Shown in pieces: positions 1 through 13,200 of a DNA stretch of 64,000 nucleotides. The stretch lies in NCBI GenBank assembly GCA_030141605.1, contig JAQGDQ010000929.1, forward strand, positions 15,679-79,678, in the 5' to 3' direction. Numbering within the stretch: position 1 is the stretch's first letter; every line of letters starts with the position of its first letter. The notes under the pieces were generated by a model. The model was not told the DNA's origin. It searched no databases and worked only from the letters and a program-made list of their open reading frames with translations. Source of the stretch: Tubiluchus corallicola. Taxonomy: Eukaryota; Animalia; Priapulida. Both the position numbers and the translations under genes were made by a program.

Positions 1-1651
1 AGTGGTCAGAGAATAAATGAGATTGTCCAGCATATAAGAATCATTGATTAGTTTGCTAAGCTGCTCAATTAGTTACTTTTCAAAGGTTTCATCTTTTTTC
101 TATCCACAGGAAAACTGCAAATGACCAAAACTTTGTTTACTACTTTCCAATTGTCAGCTATTTAGTATCAAATTCTGACTAGTACACCATCTTGTATCAG
201 TTTCTCCACATGATAGTTGTACAGAGGCCATTTTCAGCGTCCTTTGCACAGAGGCGTGGCAGAGGTAGGGGGCAGGGGGCAATCATCCCTGGAAGCTAAA
301 TTTTCAGGCAGCTTTTAAACTGCAAGAATAAAATGCATGACAGTTAAATACGTTCTAGGCGTTCATTGTAGGGTAAAATAATCGTTTTATCATAAAATTA
401 TTGTGAGTTACAGAAACGTAATAAATGAGTATTTCAAATTCACGTTAATGTAACAGCCTCGTGTCTTCAAACATTCTCAACTCTTGGCTACGTCTCATGA
501 TTTTCTTTGTTTATTGTACAACTTGCATCTTACTGCAGACAAGATCAAGCTAAATAATCATGTTATGCTTCAGTAGTTGTTCCATGTTGAATTTTAACAG
601 TTTAACATACAAATAGCAAGGCGTTAGGTTGTTGCTGTGAAAGTTTCGTCTGATGGACTCGCACAATCATACAGTGTAAAAACAAGTGAACTGCCAATGT
701 GGCAAACTCGAAGATTTCTTTAATTTGATATGTTATCGATTTCTTTTTTAGTAATATAACACATGTTTAGCAATGCTAACACAATTCTTTGCTATGAGAG
801 CTCAAATGGCAGTAATCTTGATTGATCTTAATTCATACTGATGTGTGCATTTCATATGTAAATTTGTTTTGCTTGTTGGTACCTTACATCTGTACAAATA
901 TCACAGTTTTTATGTAACCTTAACTATCAGTCTCATTCGTTATGTCATCTGCATTTCAGCATAATGGAAAATTAACACACTAAAGGTATATAAGTGTATT
1001 TTTCATTTTCAAAATTTAATTTCAAAATTTTCAAAGACCACATATTTGAATTCGCTGAATGCAATCAGCATGTTTTTGTTGCATTTTCACTTTCATTCAT
1101 AAAACTGATTTAAGGATTTTATATGCAATTTTAAGTTTAAAACTGAACTGGGGGGATGTATAATTCGAAGACTGATGCAGCTGACGGTGCCTCGATTAGT
1201 TTTAAGATTTTGTCAATTGCATTACTATTATTGGTTTTCTAAGACGTGCGAGGGTGCTTGGCAGTACTCCTTTCATTTTTTTGTATAATATAATCATATA
1301 GATAAATTCTGATTAAAAGGATTGCAGTTGCAATTGCAAATCATTCAAGGTGATTTGAGTAAAAATGATTTCGCGCATCAATCACAATTTTTCAGGATTA
1401 TATTTTCACATTGTTTAAAGTTAATTTTCATATAAATTTTATTTTAGTTTAAAGAGTAACAAATAAATCACAAATAAGATCAAAATAAGCTGTGAGACTT
1501 TCTTAAATTTTTACTCTCAAAGAAATTAACAAAATTAAAAGTGGTCGCTTTTGCTTATTCCATTTTTAGTAAAAAAACAACAACAAAAAATGATGCTACA
1601 CTGTAGCAGCTACAGGTATGGTTGAGCAAATTTTGTAGCTCCTCTTCATCT

Positions 1652-3853
1652 GAGCATCAACCCACAGGTCCTTCCTGTGGCCTCCAGTTACTTGTTTCAT
1701 TTGATTCGTCCAGCATCAACCCACAGGTCCTTCCTGTGGCCTCCAGTTACTTGTTTCATTTGATTCGTCCAGCATCAACCCACAGGTCCTTCCTGTGGCC
1801 TCCAGTTACTTGTTTCATTTGATTCGTCCAGCATCAACCCACAGGTCCTTCCTGTGGCCTCCAGTTACTTGTTTCATTTGATTCGTTCAGCATCAACACA
1901 CAGGTCCTTCCTGTGGCCTCCAGTTACTTGTTTCATTTGATTCGTCCAGCATCAACCCACAGGTCCTTCCTGTGGCCTCCAGTTACTTGTTTCATTTGAT
2001 TCGTCCAGCATCAACCCACAGGTCTTTCCTGTGGCCTCCAGTTACTTGTTTCATTTGATTCGTTCAGCATCAACACACAGGTCCATCCTGTGGCCTCCAG
2101 TTACTTGTTTCATTTGATTCGTCCAGCATCAACCCACAGGTCCTTCCTGTGGCCTCCAGTTACTTGTTTCATTTGATTCGTCCAGCATCAACACACAGGT
2201 CCTTCCTGTGGCCTCCAGTTACTTGTTTCATTTGATTCGTCCAGCATCAACACACAGGTCCTTCCTGTGGCCTCCAGTTACTTGTTTCATTTGATTCGTC
2301 CAGCATCAACCCACAGGTCCTTCCTGTGGCCTCCAGTTACTTGTTTCATTTGATTCGTTCAGCATCAACACACAGGTCCTTCCTGTGGCCTCCAGTTACT
2401 TGTTTCATTTGATTCGTCCAGCATCAACCCACAGGTCCTTCCTGTGGCCTCCAGTTACTTGTTTCATTTGATTCGTCCAGCATCAACCCACAGGTCCTTC
2501 CTGTGGCCTCCAGTTACTTGTTTCATTTGATTCGTCCAGCATCAACCCACAGGTCCTTCCTGTGGCCTCCAGTTACTTGTTTCATTTGATTCGTCCAGCA
2601 TCAACCCACAGGTCCTTCCTGTGGCCTCCAGTTACTTGTTTCATTTGATTCGTTCAGCATCAACCCACAGGTCCTTCCTGTGGCCTCCAGTTACTTGTTT
2701 CATTTGATTCGTTCAGCATCAACACACAGGTCCTTCCTGTGGCCTCCAGTTACTTGTTTCATTTGATTCGTCCAGCATCAACCCACAGGTCCTTCCTGTG
2801 GCCTCCAGTTACTTGTTTCATTTGATTCGTCCAGCATCAACACACAGGTCCTTCCTGTGGCCTCCAGCTACTTGTTTCATTTGATTCGTTCAGCATCAAC
2901 CCACAGGTCCTTCCTGTGGCCTCCAGTTACTTGTTTCATTTGATTCGTCCAGCATCAACCCACAGGTCCATCCTGTGGCCTCCAGTTACTTGTTTCATTT
3001 GATTCGTTCAGCATCAACACACAGGTCCATCCTGTGGCCTCCAGTTACTTGTTTCATTTGATTCGTCCAGCATCAACCCACAGGTCCTTCCTGTGGCCTC
3101 CAGCTACTTGTTTCATTTGATTCGTCCAGCATCAACCCACAGGTCCTTCCTGTGGCCTCCAGTTACTTGTTTCATTTGATTCGTCCAGCATCAACCCACA
3201 GGTCCTTCCTGTGGCCTCCAGTTACTTGTTTCATTTGATTCGTCGAGCATCAACCCACAGGTCCTTCCTGTGGCCTCCAGTTACTTGTTTCATTTGATTC
3301 GTCCAGCATCAACACACAGGTCCTTCCTGTGGCCTCCAGTTACTTGTTTCATTTGATTCGTCGAGCATCAACCCACAGGTCCTTCCTGTGGCCTCCAGTT
3401 ACTTGTTTCATTTGATTCGTCCAGCATCAACACACAGGTCCTTCCTGTGGCCTCCAGTTACTTGTTTCATTTGATTCGTCCAGCATCAACACACAGGTCC
3501 TTCCTGTGGCCTCCAGTTACTTGTTTCATTTGATTCGTTCAGCATCAACACACAGGTCTTTCCTGTGGCCTCCAGTTACTTGTTTCATTTGATTCGTCCA
3601 GCATCAACCCACAGGTCTTAACTGTGGCCTCCAGTTACTTGTTTCATTTGATTCGTTCAGCATCAACCCACAGGTCCTTCCTGTGGCCTCCAGTTACTTG
3701 TTTCATTTGATTCGTTCAGCATCAACCCACAGGTCCTTCCTGTGGCCTCCAGTTACTTGTTTCATTTGATTCGTCTCAGCATCAACCCACAGGTCCTTCC
3801 TGTGGCCTCCAGTTACTTGTTTCATTTGATTCGTCCAGCATCAACACACAGGT
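1652..3853. repeat. 59-bp minisatellite, ~37 copies, with a 7-bp hairpin in each unit
   Basis: Unit AGCATCAACCCACAGGTCCTTCCTGTGGCCTCCAGTTACTTGTTTCATTTGATTCGTCC; CCACAGG/CCTGTGG inverted pair; near-identical copies with no spacers. Confidence 0.97.
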
Positions 3854-4090
3854 ACACATATTATACAATCCACGTATTATTTAGGAAAACTACAAACAAA
3901 GTATTTATTCCCATGAACATTTTATGAACATATCTAAAAATTAGCATAAATAATTAGCATAGAATTTTCGGCACATGCTACGTCAAAAGGTGATTTTCGG
4001 TGCCTGTGGCCCTTCTGACCCAAACCATCACAATGTACGTTGTTGTTGGCTAAATGTTGTTTGTGATTAAGTCCAAGTTGGTAAAAAACC

Positions 4091-4239
4091 CTAGCCAATC
4101 ATATATCCATTGAAATTGCTGGAAGAAGTTCTGTAAATGGTGGCAACGTCATCGTCATTATAATATGTGACATAAACTTCGTCACCCATTTCTAGACGAA
4201 GAATAACAGAGTTTGATATCGTATGCGTGCAATCATCAC
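4091..4239 (-). CDS. Ig-C1q gene last exon: C-terminal part of the C1q domain
   Basis: ttgcag|GDDCTHTISNSVILRLEMGDEVYVTYYNDDDVATIYRTSSSNFNGYMIG*; matches the C1q motifs LxLxxGDxV and FxG. Confidence 0.9.
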
Positions 4240-7200
4240 CTGCAATAAAATAATATTATTTTTAAGCACAACTGTTGAACAGAGAGTGAGTAATATTCAC
4301 ATGAATACACCAGTTAATTTTAATGTTAGGATTATTCATTACTTTGCAAACCCAAAATTTATAAAATTTAGATACCAAACTTGAAAAATAGGAAATACGA
4401 AAAAGTTATATGCAGCATGGATTTGAACTAGCACCCTTTTGCTTGCAAGGCAAACGCTCAGCACCACATTCCCTGGTGATCATGGTTATCTAGTATAGCT
4501 GACTAACTGAACTAGTACTTCTAAAGTTAAAGCACTCAACCTAGACAGACTGATTTTAAGTAATTTGATTATTTTTTGTTTAATTTGATCAATTCTAATT
4601 CCGAATCTGAAAATTCCACATAGTCTTCACCTCCTGACCTTACACTGCTTGTACTGTGACCTAAGATGTCCATTCCTAAATGATATGACTTCCTACGACC
4701 ATCGACACTAAAAGCAAAACCGGACTGAATCTTAAACTGTAGGTCAAAATAATTTACTTTTTAGAATATTGAAAGAAGGCTTACTATTTTTTCCAAAAAT
4801 GACTTACGTGAAAGAATTATTACCACACAGGTATTTTGTTATATGCTAGATATGTTAGTTTGTGACGAACTTCATACATTCGACAGCTCATGCGTGAGAA
4901 TTTTTATCATATAACTTGCCTAGTTTTAGTAAAACACACTGAATATCTAACAGCAGCACTGTACTTCAATTTTCGCCTGGATCCCAGGAAATAAACAAAG
5001 CAAATGATATTTGATTGGTAGGTAGGCTGCCAGGTAGCCCAAAGTTCTCCTCTTGCCCAAAAATGGCTAAAATAAATTGGCCCTGCTAGAGTTAGCTCGA
5101 AGATGAGGGAGCCAATTACAAATTTGCGGAAGTCTCTGCCATCTCCTGTCTGGGCTGACCAATTTGAGAGAAATCAGTAGACAATGTTACCTGAGCAATC
5201 AGTTTTACCTGCATTCACCTACCTGATATCACAACCGATGACAACCTCGACGAATCACTTTTAATGTCATTTCTGTTGTGAAACTGAAAAACGTACTTAC
5301 CACCTTAAACAGCATTCCTCCTTCGATTCCTGTTGGCAGCAGTTTTTACTCAGTGAAATTACTTCAGCTGTGTAATGTCATTTAAAGAACATTAATTTAC
5401 TATGGCTTTGTCTGTTCTAACGAGCAAGAGTCACTACCTAATAGCACGAATGATTTCAGTGATACTTCTTCATAGCTCTATGTTGTAAATATTTGTAAAA
5501 TTTCATGATGATGCTCACAAGCTTGATTTTCCAGACCTGCTTCAATTTGCAGATCTCGAGTGAAGATCTTGAGTAAAGACACAAAATTCGCGGAAACAAA
5601 ACTTCGTTTTCTACAGCTTGTTTTTGTACTGAGATGATTTGTTGTTTGTTTTTGCACTTTTTTAATAATTGCTAATTGGTAAATTTATAATGTGTACATG
5701 CCAGCATTTCATCACAGCATTGAGCATTAGCTTAGTGGTGTACCGACTTCTGTATTGCTAATTATCTTTTTTAAGTTTTGATAAATGAAGTAATTTGCAT
5801 TTAATCGTTGAAATGATGATAAACACAGTATGATGATGATGTTTATTGTACAGGTTCCGGGCTCTGCTCACTCCCTTGTTCTTCTTTAGGCTGTATGGTT
5901 ATTTTATCGAGTAATTGATTCTTTTACCTTATCTGTGGCTGTAACCTTTTGTTGCTCAGGTAATAAACAGATTAACATTTTATGTTTCAGCTTTTCACTT
6001 CGGCTACCAGCAGTCAACTTACCGACCTCTGCCCGCTTTTCAAATGTAAATTTTGGCCTTGGCTTCTTATTTCAGTAAACTTTCTACTTATAATTTAGCT
6101 TACACCTGTAGAATGTACCTGCTATTTTATTGCATTAGAAATTCTGAGTATAAAATTTTTCAGAAACATAACGAGAAGTTTCAGTGACTTGTGGCAGACA
6201 TTTTATCCTCTGCTGAACGATAGTCTTACACAGTTGGAATTGAAACTTGCATGCTGGCAAACATTCCACTGAAGTCTTGCCAGTTAGTTGTACCACTGGA
6301 ATCGTTAGCTGTTGCCTAAGGCTGAACAATTAAGCCTACAGATGGGACTGGTTGCAGCCCGTATTTTTCTGTATTAACTTAAAATGCTCTTGCTCCACAA
6401 ATAAATAAATAAATCTCTCTTTACAGCACTTTAGGTTCGCAAAATCGTAATTAAGGGTGCACCAATAAAACCTGCCAATAAAGTAAAACTTAAACGAATC
6501 AATATTTCATCTAAAGTCAACCGACTAAAAGAAAATCTTTAACTCTACTAAATAATTTTGTAGCCTCGTGCACAGACTAATGATATTTAAAATTATGCAA
6601 CAAAAACTGTTATCTTCCTTTTGCGCTGCATTTGAAAATCTTGTTGTCACGTTGCAGAAGGCATGATTCAACTTTCCTTTATTGTGTTAACTCCATTCAA
6701 AGTGGGAGCTTTGATTTTAAAGGGAGGGGGGCGGAGCTTTTGCCCTATTATGTGTTTAAACTTTCATTCACTAAAGGACACAGAACATGTTACGTGAATG
6801 TTATTTTAAAGACTCTTCAAAATAAAAACATCTATAAATCGAAATTCAATCATCTTACCTGAACAAAATTCACAAATCCTACCTTGTGATTGGCTGAAAT
6901 TTAAATACTCACCTATTTCACCTGTGCAAAATCTATAAAAACAAGTGCCGCATTCTTATTCCTTGAGTTCAGGGGTTACTGGTACTAGTTTGAGTGCCAA
7001 ACAGGACAAGCCTGATCCCTTCATGATCCTGTCTCCTAACTGCTTGGGTGCTGCCAATATGAAGTAACCCCTCAAGGGTAGATTCTTTTTTATGTTTTGT
7101 GTTTAGCCAGCTAGTTGTTCATTCCAATTACAAAAATTCTTTCTTACATTAACATTTTAATTTTACAAAATCACTAAATTAGTCAAGATTATGGGCTTAT

Positions 7201-10200
7201 GCCACTCATTCAATGCTAATTAATGTCTCCCAGGCATTTGGTTCACTGATCTCGTTTCAGGATGAGGTACTCAAACCATGGCGTCTTGCCCACCGATAGC
7301 TCTGGTTCAAACCATCCAGGAGCTATTAAAACTACCCTGGTGGCAAGTATCGACAACAGAACAGTATTTATAGCTATTTTATGTGATTCACTTATGCATT
7401 TTTGATTAAGAATATCAGTACTTCTTTTACAAATTATTATTACCAGACGAATTAAAATGAAGAAAACATAATTATATGACATTATTGTTGAAAATTAGTT
7501 TAAGTAAAAAATTGTTTAGTTAAAGCTCTTAAGTAATGAATGTGTTAGCATGGATGTAGAGGCGGTGCCTCATTGCAAATAGTTTACTGAACAAGCTTAC
7601 CTGGATGACGGAGATATGTAACAAGATTGCCATCATGCCTAAGACGGGCAACATCATCTGACGAGCTACTTTTCGCCCGTAAATTCAGTTCAAATGAGTA
7701 AGTACCTATAACAGGTGCAGTAAATTTTCCTGTGAAGCAAAAAACCAAATTAATGTTTATGTCTTTATCTAACGTTTCTAAATTTAATAAAAAGCATCCA
7801 AAAGTTAATCCAAAAGTTAGTCCAAAGGTGCACACATGTGATCTTTGTTTTTTTATTGTGTAACGTAATGTAAAATTTATTCATACTACGTACTATGGTA
7901 CATAAAATTTTAGCGCTGAAGAAAAAAATGCATTTAGAAATCAAAATATTGAACTGCTGTCAATATCATTTCTGTTGATATCATTTCTGTTTGTGATACA
8001 ATTTAAAAGCTTTAACATTTGGAAAATTAAAATTGTTGTTTTATAAAAATTCTAAGATTCAAACATGCTGAACTAAGATCAATCATGCTGTCTATATTTA
8101 AAACATAGTAAGTCAATGGACTGGGGTTCCATGATTTACAGTTAGGGCTCCCCATGCATGCACGCATCAAAACACACACATACACACACACACACACACA
8201 CAGTGTGCGGGCGTGTAAGCATGTATGTTCTGTTAATTTACAGCATTCTCAAATCAAAACCCTATTGAAGCTCTTAGTAGGCTGAAACTCGTCTAGAACG
8301 ATAATAAAAATTAAAAAAATGCTAGAGAAATCTTATCATGCCAAAAATACAAGCAGTTGTTTTGTATTCTGTCTGCTTTCATTAAGTATAACGTTATTTT
8401 ACAATTATATGAAAGTAACAATGTTCTAGGGAGGATCAGTGCACCCACATCTGAGACGCTGTTTCCTTGTAACTTTGTTATTGTTCCAATAAAACCTTTT
8501 TTGAGACAGAAAATAGGGAGTAATGATAATAAATACAACAGATTATCAGAATTCCACACAGTTATAGCAGGGAATGTGAGGTGAGTTTTTCCTGTGGGGT
8601 TTTCCAATAAATCCTGCTAGGACGTTAATGTTGCGTGGAATGAAATGTCAGCCAGACAATTTCAATAATGTTTAGATGTTATGATGATAGAAGCAAATAT
8701 TGTATTATTTTCTTGTTGGGACGCATTGTTAACTTATAGCAAATCACATACCCGTGGACGACGAATATACGTTTCCATGATTTACGTTTGTCTTGGTAAA
8801 TTTTATAATTTCTCCTGTGCTTCCAGTCTCGTTTTGTGGCGTCGTAACAGAGAAAGCAAAAGCTGAAATGAAAATATTACTTGTCATCATTATCATCACG
8901 AGCTGGTCAATATTATTATGTAATCACAGTCAAAGATGTTTCCACAATTATCACCATCCTTTCCATAATCCAGGTTTTTCTACGAACAGTTTCACTCTGT
9001 CGAGTTGCTCACATCAACCCTCAGTGACTCATGCCTGCAATTCCGGATATTGCTAGATTTGTTCATAACATGCATTGAAAGTGAAGCACAAAGGGGAAAG
9101 TAAAACATATTAGCCAACCCAATTCAGAGACTTAGAGACCCTTTGCATGATAAGGAAGTAAGACAGCAAAAGCTTGTTGCACTAGAGAGAATTAAAAATG
9201 GATTTGCGAAAATGAAAACATAAATTATAGTAATCAGATTGTAAGCTAAGAAAAGGGTTAACACAAACTTTTGAGTTGTAGTTTTTTAGTGGATACTTTC
9301 TGAAGCATTACTGAATAATCGAGGTACCCCCACGAGACCTTCAAAACAACAAGACTAGTGACACTAAAACTCTTATAGATAACAAACTGATGTGAAAATA
9401 AGAATAATAAAAATTATCTCAAGGAAGAATTACTCATTTGGATATTGATGATTTGTGAAAGATCAGTGCACTGGCTTCATTTAAAATCAAAGGTAAATAT
9501 TAAAAAATTCTACATATTCAGTGATGATAAAAGTATCAGATTCTATATAGAGAAACATAAAACTTACTCTTCACTTCTACATCTGTTATGCTTGACGTGA
9601 CTGAGCCAAGAGCGTTTGTTGCCACACACTGGTATTCTCCATCATCCCGAGACTTTACAATGGATCTTTTAAGAACATCACCTGTGTCAGGTAAAATATT
9701 GCGATCCAGTTTCCAGGTGAAGGTTGGTGGTGGATTAGCATCAGCTTCACATTTCAGCTCCAATGTTGATAACATTACAATCTCTGAACTTCCAGTAATA
9801 ATGCTCAGATTTGCAGTGCGTGGTTTGTCTAATAAAAATGTACCATAAAATTTTACTCAGGATATTAAACACAGAGCTTTACATAAAAACACGTATATAG
9901 AGTCTTATATGAAAAACAGGTACTTCTACTCAAACGTTTTTTAACTGCACATTAAAAACTCTCCTACGTTTGAAGTGCAAAACCAATACATTTTATTATG
10001 CGATACCATATATTAAAAAGCCATGCATATATAAATACCCATTTCAGAATACTCACCTAATGTCAACATAACAACTCATTTTATTAACTAATGTTTGTCA
10101 GTAGAGTAAAGTCAGCTACATCAGTAGAGTTATATCAGTAAAGTCTACAGTCTTTGCTAACTTCATTTATCCAAGTGCTCACAAATTATTATTTTAACCA

Positions 10201-13200
10201 CCCATATCATAAGCTTAGCCAGGAATGAAGTTATTAAGTCTCTTGTTTGTTGAGGGATTATATCTTTAAAAGTCAACAACCCAGGCTAGTATAACCAGGC
10301 GAGTGAAATGGTTGAAACAGTTTTTCCCCGAGTCACAGCAAATTCAAACGTTTTATGTTTAATTTGTAGCTAATGTATAGATTTAGAGAGTACTTTTATA
10401 GAACAAAACTGTGTAGTGATAAATAGAGAAATTAGTTCTGACAATTCTGACTGTAACTCAATATCACGTCTAACAAATAACAAATGTTGTAAATAAGTAA
10501 TTGCACCACCATCTTCTTTCTTCTTTGTTTTTCCATTCTTTGCTTTTATTTATATCTAGCTAGGAACTACAATGAAGATTGACAAAATACTAATAATGCT
10601 TTTCGTGAACCTTTATACACAAAACTCCTACATTTTAAGAGCAAATATAAAATAACTAGAACTTGTTTAAGTTTGCAACATGGTGCAGAAAAGCATTGTG
10701 TCTATTTTACGTGCTCGTAACAACTACATTTTCCCCATAAGCAATTTTCCCAGTTCTAAAATTTCGCTGTACCAAAAATTTCTAACAGCAAATTTTCTTC
10801 ACGCCAAAAAAATTATTTGCATCACATTTATCAAAAACCAAACTCACTAAAATACCACATTTTTCTACTTTTTTTAGTTTGTTTAAATGCTGTATGAAAG
10901 TTTGTGAAAATGTGTGTTACGTCATCTGGGCTGATCTCTGCAGCACTTTCTATTATTGTAAACCCAAAATGAAATCTGAGCTTATACATATCTCCCCCCA
11001 TTGCTCCTTCACACGCAAGTCATTTAAGTCATCCTGGTTGTTCAGAATAACCTAGGTTTTGGCTCGCCACTTGTTACACTAATTTAATATAGATTTGTTA
11101 AGCTTAATTAAGAACAATTAAGTACAATATATAAATAAAAGCTCCTCCTTATTAATGGTGCTTGTATATCGTTATAAATCTATGTGAACAACATATTGCC
11201 CTGTCTTTATCTAATTCAAGCACTGCAGTAAAGAAATGCTACTGATCCAGATGTCTATGAACTGTGAAAAGACAGAATTCTTCTTCATTAATAAGGCTAT
11301 AATTCTTATAAGAAACTAGGGTTAGCGTTAAGGAAGAACTGCTACTGATCCAGATGTCTATGGACTGTGAAAAGACAGAATTCTTCTTCATTAATAAGGC
11401 AATAATTCTTATAAGAAACTAGGGTTAGGGTTAAGAAAGAACTGCTACTTATCCTGATGTCTATGGACTGTGACAAGACAAAATTCTTCTTCATTAATAA
11501 GGCTATAATTCTTATAAGAAACTAGGGTTAGGGTTAAGAAAGAACTGCTACTTATCCAGATGTCTATGGACTGTGACAAGACAGAATTCTTCTTCATTAA
11601 TAAGGCTATAATTCTTATAAGAAACTAGGCAGCGTGAGAGGTATCACAACCACATCTTGATGAGAATTGTTCATACATCCCTTCACAGCAGAAAGCAGCT
11701 AGAATGAGCATAGCGAATGAAACCACTAAAACCAGCTGGTTTCTAACACTGGTGCTTCATCACCCATCCAGCAGCAAACATGCACAAGGCCAAATTTGTA
11801 CACGTCAAATATAAAACATTTTATAAAAGTTTCTAGATTACTTACAAAGAACATTTAGAGAAATATCCGGAATAGAAACATTCAGGGTACGATCTGTTAG
11901 GTAACATCTGATGATCTTTCCATTGTCACCCTCCGTGCCAGGTGAAAATACATGTCTCAACGTGCTAGTTGAGGTCACAAGTTGTGTTGTGCTATTAGTC
12001 AAGTTTTCTTGGCCAGCAGAAGACGTTATGTCTTTTTTACCTAATTGACGTAAAAGAAGCAAAATAATAACATTAATGTTGGCAGTAGATTATTAGTCAA
12101 TTTGACTTCTGACAGGACTAGAAAAATTCAGCTAAACATTTTAGGTCTGACTGGCTAGAAAATTCAGCGAATTATTCTAATTCTGACAGGGTTAGAAAAT
12201 TCAGCGAATTATTCTAATTCTGACAGGGTTAGAAAATTCAGCGAATTATTCTAATTCTGACAGGGCTCAAAAAGTTAGATAAACATTCTAAGTCTGACAG
12301 GGCTAGAAAATTCAGCTAATTATTCTAATTATGACAGGGTTAGAAAATTCAGCGAATTATTCTAATTCTGACAGGGCTCAAAAAGTTAGATAAACATTCT
12401 AAGTCTGACAGGGCTAGAAAATTCAGTTAATTATTCTAATTCTGACAAGACTCAAAAAGTTAGATAAACATTTTAAGTTTAACAGAAAATTCAATTAAAC
12501 ATTGACAACTTGTAATATCATCGTGTATCATCATGTATCATCGTGTATTGAGCCTCTCGCCTTATGTCTCCCATATGTTATAAATGACAAAAATGCACAC
12601 ACATTTGACACACTGCTTTGAGTCTCTTTCTTGACAGCCAATATGAAATCTTCCTTACTACTGGTGGTTATTTAAACTATAGTCTTATAAGGCTGTGAAT
12701 TCCCTTGACAGCATCACTACTAAGATTTCTGTAAACTAGGGTTTCGATGGAACCGCAAAAAAATTATATGATTAAAGACAAAATTTCATAAGCTTCCTAA
12801 GTGTCTCTAATGCAATAAATCTTATTTCATTCTCGCTTGCAACAATCACTAAAATTTCAGGTTACCAGGTGTGCGTAAGAAAAGACATTGCAGGTGACAG
12901 ATTGTAAGTGAATTTTGTTGACTGTTTCAGCTACAGTTAATTTAACATTAATGTTGATAGTTATTTTGCTGTAGTTGATACTAATGCAAAGAATAGGCAG
13001 AATTGTTCTACCTTCAGAACCATCATAAACGATATGCCTACATGAGTGCTCTAAGAATGGTAATAAGACGTCAGTGCTTAGGTGTGCATTATAAGAGCAT
13101 GCTAAAGATCAAACAGAAAATGCCTCTGCAGATAAGAAAGTGAATTGATAATTGTTAAGTAACTGATGAGACAATGCCAGTCTCACTATGCACTGAACGA

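Noticed and set aside
1652-3853. CRISPR array or hammerhead-ribozyme satellite
   Set aside because: No unique spacers, no cas genes, eukaryotic context. The minus-strand CTG(G/A)ACGA...GAAAC...GTA has an extra core base, and stem I does not pair.
11310-11540. Telomeric repeats (also at 39135-39425)
   Set aside because: Only about two TTAGGG units inside larger minisatellite units, so not a telomere array
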